Both the position numbers and the translations under genes were made by a program. 48,070 nt of DNA, from the IMG/VR virus record IMGVR_UViG_3300006129_000002, positions 1-48,070 of that record; one strand, given 5' to 3'. This document shows, in pieces, positions 35,809 through 45,716 of the stretch. This DNA comes from a virus (taxonomy: Duplodnaviria; Caudoviricetes). How positions within the stretch are numbered: the first letter of the stretch is position 1; each line of letters begins with the position of its first letter. A model generated the notes under the pieces. The model ran no database searches, was not told where the DNA came from, and saw only the letters and a list, made by a program, of their open reading frames with translations.

Positions 35809-36303
35809 ATGCGCAATTTCGTCACGTGGGCGCTTGTCGCCCTCACTCTGGCTTTCGCAGCCCTCACCGCCGAAGCGCAAACCGCGCTCACCGCTCCGTC
35901 AATCAAATGGGCTGGCGTGTGGGGAACCACCACGCCTAACAGCCTCATAGGCTACGACAGCGGCACGGGCGCACCATGCGTCATCGGATCGTCGGCGACG
36001 TGCTCCCTGGCGATTTTCACGCCTTCAGGGGCGCTCCCGACGACGGGCTACAGCGCCCAATTCACCGTGACCGCCAGCGCGCAACAATTGCCGTCGCAGG
36101 TTTTCAGCGCCGGGCCAATCATCACGGCCTTCACGACCAATTCCGCGAGCATTTGTTTCGGGTGGTCTAACGCCATCACGCTCACGTCCGGGAGCTACTG
36201 CATCGTTCCCGGCCAATCAATCGCCTATGCGCTCGGGAACATTTCCGCGCTTTGGTACATCGGCGGAAACACAACCGACAAATTCGAAGTGACGGGAACC
36301 TAA
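35809..36303 (+). CDS. Secreted beta-rich protein with signal peptide
   Basis: MRNFVTWALVALTLAFAALTAEA-Q Sec-type signal with AxA cleavage site. Confidence 0.7.
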   Translation: MRNFVTWALVALTLAFAALTAEAQTALTAPSIKWAGVWGTTTPNSLIGYDSGTGAPCVIGSSATCSLAIFTPSGALPTTGYSAQFTVTASAQQLPSQVFSAGPIITAFTTNSASICFGWSNAITLTSGSYCIVPGQSIAYALGNISALWYIGGNTTDKFEVTGT

Positions 36304-36306
36304 CAC

Positions 36307-38373
36307 ATGCGCCGTTTTCTTTCCGCGCTTTGCGCGCTCCTGATCGCCGCGCCGGCGTTCGCCGCAACCGCGCCGGCTATTCCGCCGCCCGCCCCCTCGA
36401 CGCCGCCGGCGATCATCTACCCGCAAGCCTTGGCGCGCGCGACGGCGTTGAACCAGGCGAACGCAAGCCCGGCAGTGATGGCGTCGCCTCCGACGATCAC
36501 GATCAGCGCGAGCTACAACAATGGGGCGGCCGCGCAACGAGCCGGCAATCAGTTTGCCCAAGTGTTTGTGCCGGGAACGAGCACAATTAACTCTAAGTAT
36601 TTTACATATTACGGCATTCCGCCTGTTCCAGCAAATAAGTATAACGCTAGTTGGTCGGCCACATTTGCTCGGCAATTAAACAATTTAGTTTTCAATGCGG
36701 GCGTTTACACTGCTTCTTACGAGTTTATGTATTCTTGCGCGGCCAACGCTTCGGGAAGCTGCTCTTTCGAAGCCGCGTTTTTTAATAAAGACGCCTTCAG
36801 CCAATACAGCCAAGACGTTTACCAAATATTTGTGGACAATGTCCCGGCGACGGCAACGGGGCAATGGTACACGGCGACGGCGGGAAATAACTACAACGTC
36901 AACGTCGGCGGCATAACTCCCGGCACGCATCTTATCCGCATTCGAACCGCTCAACCCTTTGGCGGCATCGGTTACGGGCCGAATGACAGCATATTTGCTT
37001 CCCCGAAAGCCGCGCCGTCGGCTCTAATTTTCTGTGACTCGTACTGCGATGGCGCTTGGACTTCCTACACATACACGAATGGTCAGACTGGCTTCGGCGC
37101 GTTTGAGGGCTGGGCCACGCGGCTTTGCGACGTCCTAAGCATCAAAGATTGCTGGCAGGAGGTAGAGCCTGGCACGGGCGTAATGAACACGGGTTCGCTT
37201 GCCGCGCCGTTGCAATTCACAGCGCCTTTCGCGGTGAATGCGGTGGGCGGCAATCTCAATGCCGTTTGGACGGGTTCGACGGCGACGCTTTTCGCGATGT
37301 TCTCGACTGGTGAACAGCGGACAATTAGCGTCACGAACGGGTCAGCGGCAGTTACGTGGACCGGGGGCCTCACTCAAGCGGCAACGAATCAAGTCACGAC
37401 CCTTGCGACCGGCACTCTTGTAGCTTTTGCCTCATTCACAGACTCGACGCACGGCGTTCTGTCGGCAACTTGGGGCGGCTCAACGTGCACAAACTGCACG
37501 CTTGTTCTTGCCGAACCGAACGGGATTGGCGAGACGGTCTCGGCGACATTTACGAACGGGAGCGCGAATGTCAGTTGGACGACACCGTTGACCGGGTCAC
37601 CTTGGTTGGTTGCGACCCTATTCACCGGATCGTCGTCCACTACCGGGAAAGGTAATTTCCTTCAGCGCGCCAAGTCTCTCGCGCTACAGTATCCTACTTT
37701 TAGCCCGGCGATCATCGTCGTCCAAGGGTCGGTGAATGACACCGTCGCCCTCGGATACAGTCATGCGCAAGTCCAAGCGACTTACACTGAAATGCTTAAC
37801 TTCGTAAAAAGCACTTGGCCCAACGCTAAAGTCTTCTTCACAGGCAATCTATATATCCGCCAGCATAACCAAGTGACCAACTACCCGGCTTTGGACACGG
37901 ACCTTCAAACGGTGGCGGCGGCTTTCCCCTCGATACCGTTCTATGACCCGTATGCTTTGGGCCTGTTTGGCGGCCTCGGGGCAGCTTGCGTTCCCTATTC
38001 CGGGACGATCACTTTTAGCCCCACGCCTAGCAATGGCGCGACTAGCGGAACGCTCACCGCTAACTGGTATGGTACGACCGGCACTAACTTCACTCTCAAA
38101 TTCTGGAACGGAACCAGCTACGACACGAAGACCAACGTGACCTTGACTAACAACACAAACACCGTTTCGTTTTCGGCTTTGTCGCAAGCCCCCTCGACGG
38201 GCGTTGTGGAATATTATTCCGGCACGACCGCGAACAATGGCCCCGCGGACGTCGGCCAATCGTGTTCGTCGTCAAATTCCGGGCCGGATATTCACCCGAC
38301 CTCGCGCGGCAACCAGTTGGTTGCGCAAGGGCTTGCCGGGTTCATTCAAACCTGGCTGGCGGCAAATCCGTAA
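36307..38373 (+). CDS. Secreted SGNH/GDSL-type esterase with inserted beta domains
   Basis: Signal MRRFLSALCALLIAAPAFA. Block I IFCDSY, block III VQGSVND, block V DIHP. Confidence 0.72.
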   Translation: MRRFLSALCALLIAAPAFAATAPAIPPPAPSTPPAIIYPQALARATALNQANASPAVMASPPTITISASYNNGAAAQRAGNQFAQVFVPGTSTINSKYFTYYGIPPVPANKYNASWSATFARQLNNLVFNAGVYTASYEFMYSCAANASGSCSFEAAFFNKDAFSQYSQDVYQIFVDNVPATATGQWYTATAGNNYNVNVGGITPGTHLIRIRTAQPFGGIGYGPNDSIFASPKAAPSALIFCDSYCDGAWTSYTYTNGQTGFGAFEGWATRLCDVLSIKDCWQEVEPGTGVMNTGSLAAPLQFTAPFAVNAVGGNLNAVWTGSTATLFAMFSTGEQRTISVTNGSAAVTWTGGLTQAATNQVTTLATGTLVAFASFTDSTHGVLSATWGGSTCTNCTLVLAEPNGIGETVSATFTNGSANVSWTTPLTGSPWLVATLFTGSSSTTGKGNFLQRAKSLALQYPTFSPAIIVVQGSVNDTVALGYSHAQVQATYTEMLNFVKSTWPNAKVFFTGNLYIRQHNQVTNYPALDTDLQTVAAAFPSIPFYDPYALGLFGGLGAACVPYSGTITFSPTPSNGATSGTLTANWYGTTGTNFTLKFWNGTSYDTKTNVTLTNNTNTVSFSALSQAPSTGVVEYYSGTTANNGPADVGQSCSSSNSGPDIHPTSRGNQLVAQGLAGFIQTWLAANP

Positions 38374-41075
38374 TGAGCATTCCCTATACGTTTGCCGACC
38401 AGGGCGACAAGCAGGTACCGGCGGAACACCTTGACGCCAACTTCGCATATCTGCTCGGGCTCGCGGCGGGGGTCGAATGGGCGGCAGTCCTAAGCCGTCC
38501 TTCGAACCTTTCCGCGCTCTCCGGATCGGAGGTCATTCAAAACGCCATCCTGCAAGCGGCCCTGCTTGGCGGAAGCGTGATCCCCCAAATCTCGACGCAA
38601 GTCCAAGGCCAGGGCACGCAAGCGACGCTCAATTTCACCGCCGGGACTAGCGCGCCGACTTCCCCGCAAACCAAAGACCAATGGTTAGACACCAATACCA
38701 CGCCGGCGGTTTTGAAAGTGTGGAACGGGGCGGCGTGGGTTATCGCCACGCCCACTAACACGAACCAATTGACCGACGGCGCATACCTTGGGCAAACGGC
38801 GCTCTGGAATTCCGTGAGCTCCCGGCCGAACAACCTCACGACGCTGACCGGCTCCGAAGCAATCCAAAACACGATTCTGCAATATGCGTTGCTTGGCGGC
38901 AGCGTTGTCCCCTACGTTTCGTCGTATATCACCGGCCAGGGGACGCAAGCCGTCCTCAACTTCACGGTGGGGACGTCCGCACCTCCAAGCCCGCAAGTCA
39001 AGGACCAGTGGCTAGACACCAACTACAGCCCGCCCTTGTTCAAGACATGGAACGGGTCGGCCTGGGTCAGCGCGACGCCGAACAACACGAACCAACTCAC
39101 CGACGGCGCGGCGCTCGGGCAAACGGCTGTCTGGAACTCCGTGGGTTCTCGACCGAGCAACCTCACGACCCTGACAGGCGCGGAAGCGATTCAAAACACG
39201 ATCCTGCAAGCGGCCTTGCTTGGCGGAACGGTGGTTCCCCACATAGCGTCTTACGTCAACGGCCAGGGCACGCAAGCGACGCTCAATTTTACCGTCGGCA
39301 ATTCGGCCCCGTCATCGCCGCAAGTCAGTGACCAATGGTTAGACACCAATTACAGCCCGCCTCTGTCGAAAACGTGGACCGGGTCAACGTGGATCGTTTC
39401 GACGCCTACCGACACGACCCAACTTCACGACGGGGCCAATCTCGGGCTAACGGCGCTCTGGAATTCCGTGAGCTCCCGGCCGAACAATCTCACGACGCTG
39501 ACCGGCTCCGAAGCGATTCAAAACGCGATCCTGCAATCCCTGCTGACGGGCGGCAGCGTTGTCCCCTACCTGTCGTCGTATATTAGCGGCCAAGGCACGC
39601 AAGCTGTCCTCAACTTCACGGTCAGCACGTCGCCGCCTTCAAGCCCGCAAGTCAAAGACCAATGGTTAGACACCAATTACAACCCGGCGCTCTTTCGGTT
39701 TTGGAACGGGTCTGCCTGGGTGGTGGCGACACCCACGAACACGAACCAGCTTGCCGACGGGGCGAACCTTGGCCAAACGGCGACATGGAGTCTCATAGGT
39801 TCGCGCCCCTACAACCTCACGCAACTCGGGGGCGGCGAAGCGATTCAAAACGCTATCCTGCAAGGCAACCTGACATCCGGCAGCGTGATCCCCTACCTGT
39901 CGTCGTATATCAGCGGCCAGGGCACGCAAGCCGTTCTAAACTTCACGACGGGTTCGACCGCGCCTTCAAGCCCGCAGGTCAAAGACCAATGGTTAGACAC
40001 CAACTACAGCCCGGCGCTTTTCAAATTCTGGAACGGTTTCAATTGGGTGGTGGCGACACCCACGAACACGAACCAGCTTGCCGACGGGGCGAACCTTGGC
40101 CAAACGGCAAGTTGGACCTTGGTCGGCTCGCGCCCCTACAACCTCACGCAACTCGGGGGCGGCGAAGCGATTCAAAACGCTATCCTGCAATCCCTGCTGA
40201 CGGGCGGCAACGTCATTCCCTACATCGCTGGCCAAATCCAATATCAAGGCGCGTTGGCGACGCTCAACAAGGCGACGCAGCTAACCTATCTCTCGGGCAG
40301 CGTTTGCATTCAGGGCGTCATTCAAATTCGATTGGGGGCCGCTGGCGGGGTATCGACGGCCCCTGGCGATACGCTCACGATCACAGTAGGGTCATATTCT
40401 GAAACATATACCGCTGTTTCGAGTGCTCCGGGCGCGTTCCAATTTGTTGCAAGTAACAGCAACACCGCATCGGCCGCAAACCTAAGCTCGGCAATCGCGG
40501 CATATAGCTCGATACTGACAAATGTTTCGTCTTCGGGCTTTTATGTTTCAGGGACTGTGCTCGGGCAAAATATCGGCGGAACGGATACTTTCGGCGCGCA
40601 TTATACGAACGTTTCTTTTACGCTGAATTTTTCCGGGCTAGGCGCGGCGACGTGGACCACCGCGGGGACGAACACGGCGACGTGGACAAATACCTCGGGA
40701 CCAATCCAAGTTGCGTTGCAGGGCCTCAACACCATTGCCACGCATGGCGGCAATATGCGTATCACGTTGACGCTCACGATGACGTGGAACCAAGCTAACG
40801 GAATGTATTTCGGCCCTAGCCTTTCGCGGGCGGCGGGCTCGCCAAGCGGATCAAGCGCCTTCAGTCAGACGCGTAATTTGCTTTACGCTTCCGGGCCGGC
40901 GGGCAATGGGCCGCTCACTATCGAAATGAGTTGGACAGACACCGGCTTAGCCGGCCACGCCGGGAACGCAAAATATAATTTCCAGCTTGGCGGCGCGAAT
41001 TACAATCCGGGCGCGGGATACGGCACGGTCACAGTGTCGGGCTATGAAATAGTCTTTGAGGAATTCATCTCATAG
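38373..41075 (+). CDS. Long repeat-containing fibre-like virion protein (~900 aa)
   Basis: ATG 38373 overlaps the upstream TAA. N-term IPYTFADQ...LDANF, 109-aa repeats, beta-rich C-terminus. Confidence 0.75.
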   Translation: MSIPYTFADQGDKQVPAEHLDANFAYLLGLAAGVEWAAVLSRPSNLSALSGSEVIQNAILQAALLGGSVIPQISTQVQGQGTQATLNFTAGTSAPTSPQTKDQWLDTNTTPAVLKVWNGAAWVIATPTNTNQLTDGAYLGQTALWNSVSSRPNNLTTLTGSEAIQNTILQYALLGGSVVPYVSSYITGQGTQAVLNFTVGTSAPPSPQVKDQWLDTNYSPPLFKTWNGSAWVSATPNNTNQLTDGAALGQTAVWNSVGSRPSNLTTLTGAEAIQNTILQAALLGGTVVPHIASYVNGQGTQATLNFTVGNSAPSSPQVSDQWLDTNYSPPLSKTWTGSTWIVSTPTDTTQLHDGANLGLTALWNSVSSRPNNLTTLTGSEAIQNAILQSLLTGGSVVPYLSSYISGQGTQAVLNFTVSTSPPSSPQVKDQWLDTNYNPALFRFWNGSAWVVATPTNTNQLADGANLGQTATWSLIGSRPYNLTQLGGGEAIQNAILQGNLTSGSVIPYLSSYISGQGTQAVLNFTTGSTAPSSPQVKDQWLDTNYSPALFKFWNGFNWVVATPTNTNQLADGANLGQTASWTLVGSRPYNLTQLGGGEAIQNAILQSLLTGGNVIPYIAGQIQYQGALATLNKATQLTYLSGSVCIQGVIQIRLGAAGGVSTAPGDTLTITVGSYSETYTAVSSAPGAFQFVASNSNTASAANLSSAIAAYSSILTNVSSSGFYVSGTVLGQNIGGTDTFGAHYTNVSFTLNFSGLGAATWTTAGTNTATWTNTSGPIQVALQGLNTIATHGGNMRITLTLTMTWNQANGMYFGPSLSRAAGSPSGSSAFSQTRNLLYASGPAGNGPLTIEMSWTDTGLAGHAGNAKYNFQLGGANYNPGAGYGTVTVSGYEIVFEEFIS
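38440..40270 (+). repeat. 327-bp (109-aa) coding tandem repeat, ~5.5 units
   Basis: DQWLDTN anchor at 38676, 39003, 39330, 39657 and 39984 (spacing 327). Confidence 0.92.
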
Positions 41076-41136
41076 ACGGGCCGCGCGCTTTGCGCTACCT
41101 TTCCGACAAGGTTTCGAATTACCCGGAGACAACCCC

Positions 41137-41544
41137 GTGACCATCTCTGTTAGCCCTGACGGTTTTGCGACCCTTAACGGCATTTCCGACGTGCGCAATG
41201 TTCTCTCGGAACCGCACAAGAGCGCGTTTATCGAGGGCCTGGCCTATGGCCGCCCGACGCTCGAAATGATCAACGACAGCTTCGAAACACTCTACGCCGC
41301 CGTGAAGCAGGACAAGAGCCTGTCTGGGCCTGATCTTGTCGCTGTCGCCACCGCTTGCGCACAAGTGGGCTACCTGTTTGTTGCGCATGGGTTCATGGGC
41401 AAGAGCCAGCGAGCTTCTGAAGTCGGCGCGGCCATGGAAAAGATCGTCGCCGGCACGGACCCGGCGTCGGCTGGCGGCCCCGAAATCGACGGCCGTTTCA
41501 CCGCCCCTCCCCCGCCGTCCGAAGAAACGCCCCCGGCGGCCTGA
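41137..41544 (+). CDS. Hypothetical protein
   Basis: GTG after GGAG SD; ends 2 nt before the protease gene. Confidence 0.6.
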   Translation: MTISVSPDGFATLNGISDVRNVLSEPHKSAFIEGLAYGRPTLEMINDSFETLYAAVKQDKSLSGPDLVAVATACAQVGYLFVAHGFMGKSQRASEVGAAMEKIVAGTDPASAGGPEIDGRFTAPPPPSEETPPAA

Positions 41545-41546
41545 TC

Positions 41547-42881
41547 ATGCGGTTTGCGTTCGACAAGTCTGCCCGAAGCTACGACGCCGACGGTCGCTTG
41601 CACGTTCGCGTGTCGAACATCTCCAAAGCCATGGTTTCGCCCTACTACGGGCGAGAGATTCCTGACGCGGACAAGCTCGGGCTAGAGCCTGCCAAGGTGT
41701 ATCATTTGCTCCGCGACCCGGATGAGCTCGCAAAAGCCGCGCCGACGTTCAACAATCTCCCGCTGCTCTCGCGCCATGTTCCGGTCAGCGCGGAGGAGCA
41801 CATGCCCGACTTGGTGGTTGGCTCGCTCGGGACCGATGCGCAGTTTGCCGCGCCGTATTTACGCAACAGCCTGGTAGTGTGGGCGCAACCCGCCATCGAC
41901 GGCATCGAGACGCAAGAGCAACAAGAATTGTCGGCAAGCTACCGATATGTGGCGGATATGACGCCTGGCACATACGAGGGCTTGCATTTCGACGGCGTCA
42001 TGCGCAATATTGTCGGAAATCACGTCGCTCTTGTGACCGAAGGTCGCGCCGGGTCCGACGTCGTCGTTAGCGACGCAATGCCAGAGGGGTTCTCTATGCT
42101 GAAGTCACGTCGCGCGCTGATGCTCCAGGGGGCTCTTACCGCGCTGATCGCCCCGAAACTGGCGGCCGACGCCAAGTTCTCGCCGGCTCCGTATCTTGTC
42201 GGCGTCAACGCCCGAAATTACGGCGTGACCACGAAGCGGCTTCCCCAACGCATTCTTGACGCCGTCGCGCCCAAGCTGGCCGCGGACGAAGGTCTTGACG
42301 TTGACGACATCATCAAAGTGATCGGCGCGGTCTCGGGCAACGGCATGGAGCCCGACGGCGACGAAATGGACGAACCGCCAGCCGTGGACGCCGAAGGCGA
42401 CAAAATGGCTCAGGTCATGGCCTGGCTCAAGGGCAAGCTGTCCGACGAAGACATGGCCGAATTGGCCAAGATGACCTCGGGCGAGGAACCGGCGAAGGAC
42501 GCCGACCCGGCCATGGAGCCCGAAAAGAAGGGCGACGTCGTGGGCCTTACCAAGCAGAAGGACGATCAACCCGCCATGGACGCCAAGGCAGTCATGCGGC
42601 ACATGAATGAAATCCGCCAAGCGGAAATCGCCGTGCGCCCCTACGTCGGCGAAATCGCCGTAGCGATGGACAGTGCGGCCGACTATTACCGGCTCGCTCT
42701 TGACGCCGTCGGCGTCGAGCACGCCACGGCCCCGGACAGTGCGCTTCCGCACATGCTGGCGCTCTGCCCCAAGCCTGGCTCGACGCCCGCCGCCGCCGCG
42801 CCCCGTGTCGCCCTGGACGCCGCTTCGGCCACGTCCTACCGCAAGCGCTTCCCCGAAGCGCGCCCCCTCAAGACCGCATAA
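41547..42881 (+). CDS. Capsid maturation protease/scaffold (DUF2213)
   Basis: DGRLHV..SNISKA.V.PYYGREIP, ELSASY, NHVALVTEGRAGSDV; acidic scaffold-like C-term. Confidence 0.88.
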   Translation: MRFAFDKSARSYDADGRLHVRVSNISKAMVSPYYGREIPDADKLGLEPAKVYHLLRDPDELAKAAPTFNNLPLLSRHVPVSAEEHMPDLVVGSLGTDAQFAAPYLRNSLVVWAQPAIDGIETQEQQELSASYRYVADMTPGTYEGLHFDGVMRNIVGNHVALVTEGRAGSDVVVSDAMPEGFSMLKSRRALMLQGALTALIAPKLAADAKFSPAPYLVGVNARNYGVTTKRLPQRILDAVAPKLAADEGLDVDDIIKVIGAVSGNGMEPDGDEMDEPPAVDAEGDKMAQVMAWLKGKLSDEDMAELAKMTSGEEPAKDADPAMEPEKKGDVVGLTKQKDDQPAMDAKAVMRHMNEIRQAEIAVRPYVGEIAVAMDSAADYYRLALDAVGVEHATAPDSALPHMLALCPKPGSTPAAAAPRVALDAASATSYRKRFPEARPLKTA

Positions 42882-42893
42882 GGGCCGCTTCCG

Positions 42894-43814
42894 ATGAGCT
42901 TTCAAACGCAAGTCAACGTCAACCCGGCCTTCGCTGTCGCGGGTGACTTCGCTTCCGCCAATCCTCGCGCCGTTGCGCCGGCGGGCGGGGGTCAATTCGT
43001 CACCGCGACGGGCGGCCTTACCGTGGGCCGCTTCGCTTGGTCGGACCCGACCGGCACGACCGCGTCAAATGCCGGGTATGGTCTTCCGACGGGCTTCGTG
43101 CCGCGCATTCCGGGCAACGCGCTGATCACCACCTTCCTTGCCGAAGGGTCGAGCGTCATTCCGGCGGGCTTCCCCTGCACGATCTTCGACACCGGCGATT
43201 TTTGGGTTACCAATTCGGGCTCGACCCCGGTCACTATCGGCATGAAGGCATACGCCAATTATGTCACCGGGGCGGTCACGTTCGCCGCCGCAGGCTCGCC
43301 GCCGACCGGCGCAAGCACGACAGGCTCTATCGCGGCCTCGACCTTCTCCGTCACCGGCTCCATCGCGGGCAACGTCCTATCGGTCACGGCGGTTGGCTCG
43401 GGCACTGTCGTCAACGGTGCGACCATCTCGGGCACCGGCGTCGTGTCGGGCACCAAGGTCTCGGCGCAGCTTACCGGCACCGCCGGGGGCGTCGGCACCT
43501 ATCAGGTGGACACGCCGCAGACCGTGGCCAGCACGACCGTCAGCGGCGCGTATGGCACGCTCACCGTCACGGCGGTAAGCTCCGGAGCCCTGGCCGTGGG
43601 CGACGTCCTGTCGGGTTCCGGCGTGACCGCCGGCACTTACATCTCGCAATTCTTGACCGGCGCAGGCCAGACCGGCACTTACGCCGTCTCCGTCTCGCAA
43701 ACGGCCAGTAGCACGACCATTTCGGCCACCTCGGCAATCGAGACGAAATGGTATGCGCGGAGCTCCGCCCTTGCTGGCGAGCTTGTCAAGATGTCGTCTC
43801 GCGCTCTCGGCTGA
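42894..43814 (+). CDS. Capsid decoration/cement protein
   Basis: [38 protein letters not shown]; between protease and capsid; internal G/T-rich duplicated insert. Confidence 0.75.
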   Translation: MSFQTQVNVNPAFAVAGDFASANPRAVAPAGGGQFVTATGGLTVGRFAWSDPTGTTASNAGYGLPTGFVPRIPGNALITTFLAEGSSVIPAGFPCTIFDTGDFWVTNSGSTPVTIGMKAYANYVTGAVTFAAAGSPPTGASTTGSIAASTFSVTGSIAGNVLSVTAVGSGTVVNGATISGTGVVSGTKVSAQLTGTAGGVGTYQVDTPQTVASTTVSGAYGTLTVTAVSSGALAVGDVLSGSGVTAGTYISQFLTGAGQTGTYAVSVSQTASSTTISATSAIETKWYARSSALAGELVKMSSRALG

Positions 43815-43826
43815 TAAGGAAAACCC

Positions 43827-44882
43827 ATGCGCCGCAATCCTGAATTTGCCGCTCTCGCCCGAGACTACGGCATTCACTTCCCGCCCGAGACGTTCGACTA
43901 CATCCCGGAGGGCTTCGCCAACGACTCGGCCTTTGCGTTCGACGCGCAACCGACGCTTGTCACCACGTCCAACGCGGGCATTCCGAATTGGCTCACCGTC
44001 TACACCGATCCGGAGATCATTCGGGTTCTGGTGACGCCAAACAAGGCGGCGGAGATTTTCGGCGAAGCCAAAAAGGGCGATTGGCTGACCGACACCGCAG
44101 CCTTCCCCGTCGTGGAAAACACCGGCGAAACGTCGTCCTATGGCGACTATTCGACCAACGGTTCAAGCGGCGCGAACGTGAACTTCCCGCAACGCCAAAG
44201 CTACCATTACCAGACGGTAACTCAGTGGGGCGAACGCGAAGTCGAACGCATGGGTCTCGCCAAGATCGGATGGGCCGCGCAAAAGTCCATCGCTTCGGCT
44301 ATGGTTTTGGACAAATTCCAAAACAACAGCTATTTCTTCGGCGTCGCCGGCCTGGCCAACTATGGCATCCTCAACGATCCGAACCTGACCGCCTCGCTTC
44401 AGCCCGGTCCGAAGGTTTATGGGTCGAATGCGCATGGCCCATGGATCACCGCCGGCGTGGTCACGGCGACCGCGAATGAAGTCTTCACCGACATTCAATC
44501 GCTGTTCTCGCAACTGCAAGTGCAGGCTCCGGACATTGCGTCGCTCGACGCGCAAATGACGCTGGCGCTGTCGCCGGCTTCGCAAGTTGCGCTGACGGCC
44601 ACCAATAGCTTCAACGTCAACGTTGCCGACCTGCTCAAAAAGAATTTCCCGAATATCAAAGTTAAGACCGCGACGCATTACGCGACGGCCGCCGGCAACG
44701 TGGTGCAACTGATCCTTGACAGCGCGGAGGGCCAAGACACCGGCGTGTGCGCTTTCACGGAAAAGATGCGCGCCCACGCCGTGATTCCCGACCTTTCCGC
44801 CTGGGCTCAAAAGAAGTCTCAAGGGACGTGGGGTTTCATCCTGAAGCAGCCTTTCGGCATCGCTTCCATGCTCGGAGTCTGA
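43827..44882 (+). CDS. Major capsid protein (DUF2184 family)
   Basis: DAQPTLVTTSNAGIP, KKGDW, YGDYS, RQSYHYQT, YGILNDPNL, FTEKMRAH. Confidence 0.9.
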   Translation: MRRNPEFAALARDYGIHFPPETFDYIPEGFANDSAFAFDAQPTLVTTSNAGIPNWLTVYTDPEIIRVLVTPNKAAEIFGEAKKGDWLTDTAAFPVVENTGETSSYGDYSTNGSSGANVNFPQRQSYHYQTVTQWGEREVERMGLAKIGWAAQKSIASAMVLDKFQNNSYFFGVAGLANYGILNDPNLTASLQPGPKVYGSNAHGPWITAGVVTATANEVFTDIQSLFSQLQVQAPDIASLDAQMTLALSPASQVALTATNSFNVNVADLLKKNFPNIKVKTATHYATAAGNVVQLILDSAEGQDTGVCAFTEKMRAHAVIPDLSAWAQKKSQGTWGFILKQPFGIASMLGV

Positions 44883-44890
44883 TCGACCAC

Positions 44891-45280
44891 ATGCAAACCG
44901 TCACCGTCGCTTGCAAACTCCCGAACGGTCTTCATATGGAGATCGCTCGGGAAGGTCAGCCCAAGGTCCGCTTTACGCTCAACGGCGCGCGTCGCCGCGT
45001 GGACGCGAACAACCGCGAGCTCAACGTTGAAGCTCACGACGTGGCTTTCACCTACGGTCTGACGCACGGCATTCCCAAGGACTTCTGGGACGCCTGGATT
45101 GCGGAGAATGAGCATTACGGCCCCGTTGCCAATGGGCTTATTTTTGCCCAAGCCAAGGAAGCCGATTCCAAGGCGATGGCTCGCGAGCGGAAAGACCTCA
45201 AGTCGGGGCTGGAACCGATCAATCCGGAAAAGCCCGACCCGACCGGCAAGGTGGTTCCGCTCGACGTTCCGCGCAACTGA
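44891..45280 (+). CDS. Conserved phage protein downstream of the capsid gene
   Basis: VTVACKLPNGL...YGLTHGIPKDFWDAW...SGLEPINP. Confidence 0.72.
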   Translation: MQTVTVACKLPNGLHMEIAREGQPKVRFTLNGARRRVDANNRELNVEAHDVAFTYGLTHGIPKDFWDAWIAENEHYGPVANGLIFAQAKEADSKAMARERKDLKSGLEPINPEKPDPTGKVVPLDVPRN

Positions 45281-45284
45281 CGTC

Positions 45285-45716
45285 ATGACTGTCGCGGTCT
45301 TCGTCGTCGCGGACTGGCGCGTTCGGTTCCCTGAATTCTCGAATGTGTCTGACGACGAAGTGAACGACTGTTTCACCGACGCGACTATGATCCTCGACAA
45401 TACGGACGCATCGCTTGCGCCCTGCGATCCGGCGACCTATCTCCCCCGCCTTCGGTATCTCTGGCATTTGACGGCGCACCTGGCGCAACTCTATTTCGGC
45501 TCGACTGTGCAAGCGCAATCGCGCGTCGTCGGGCGCATTTCGTCGGCCGGGCAAGGTTCCGTCAATATGTCGGCGGAATACAACGGCCCGCAAGCGGCGG
45601 CCTGGTATAATCAAACCCAATACGGTGCGACTTACTGGAACATGACGCGGCAACTTCGCACCTTCCAGTATGTGCCGGGAATGTCTGGCCCCGCATGTCC
45701 GCCGCGACGTTGGTAG
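45285..45716 (+). CDS. Head-tail adaptor (DUF4054)
   Basis: RFPEFS, LTAHLAQL, VGRISSAGQGSV, WYNQTQYGATYW. Confidence 0.82.
   Translation: MTVAVFVVADWRVRFPEFSNVSDDEVNDCFTDATMILDNTDASLAPCDPATYLPRLRYLWHLTAHLAQLYFGSTVQAQSRVVGRISSAGQGSVNMSAEYNGPQAAAWYNQTQYGATYWNMTRQLRTFQYVPGMSGPACPPRRW

Noticed and set aside
38262-38372. Extended upstream starts from the ORF track (e.g. 38262, 2871, 3982, 15111, 26962, 44747, 45099)
   Set aside because: They overlap upstream genes. Downstream starts with stop-start coupling or SDs fit better.
38440-40270. CRISPR array or DGR template/variable repeats
   Set aside because: The units are in-frame 327-bp coding repeats without unique spacers. Differences are not adenine-specific and there is no reverse transcriptase.
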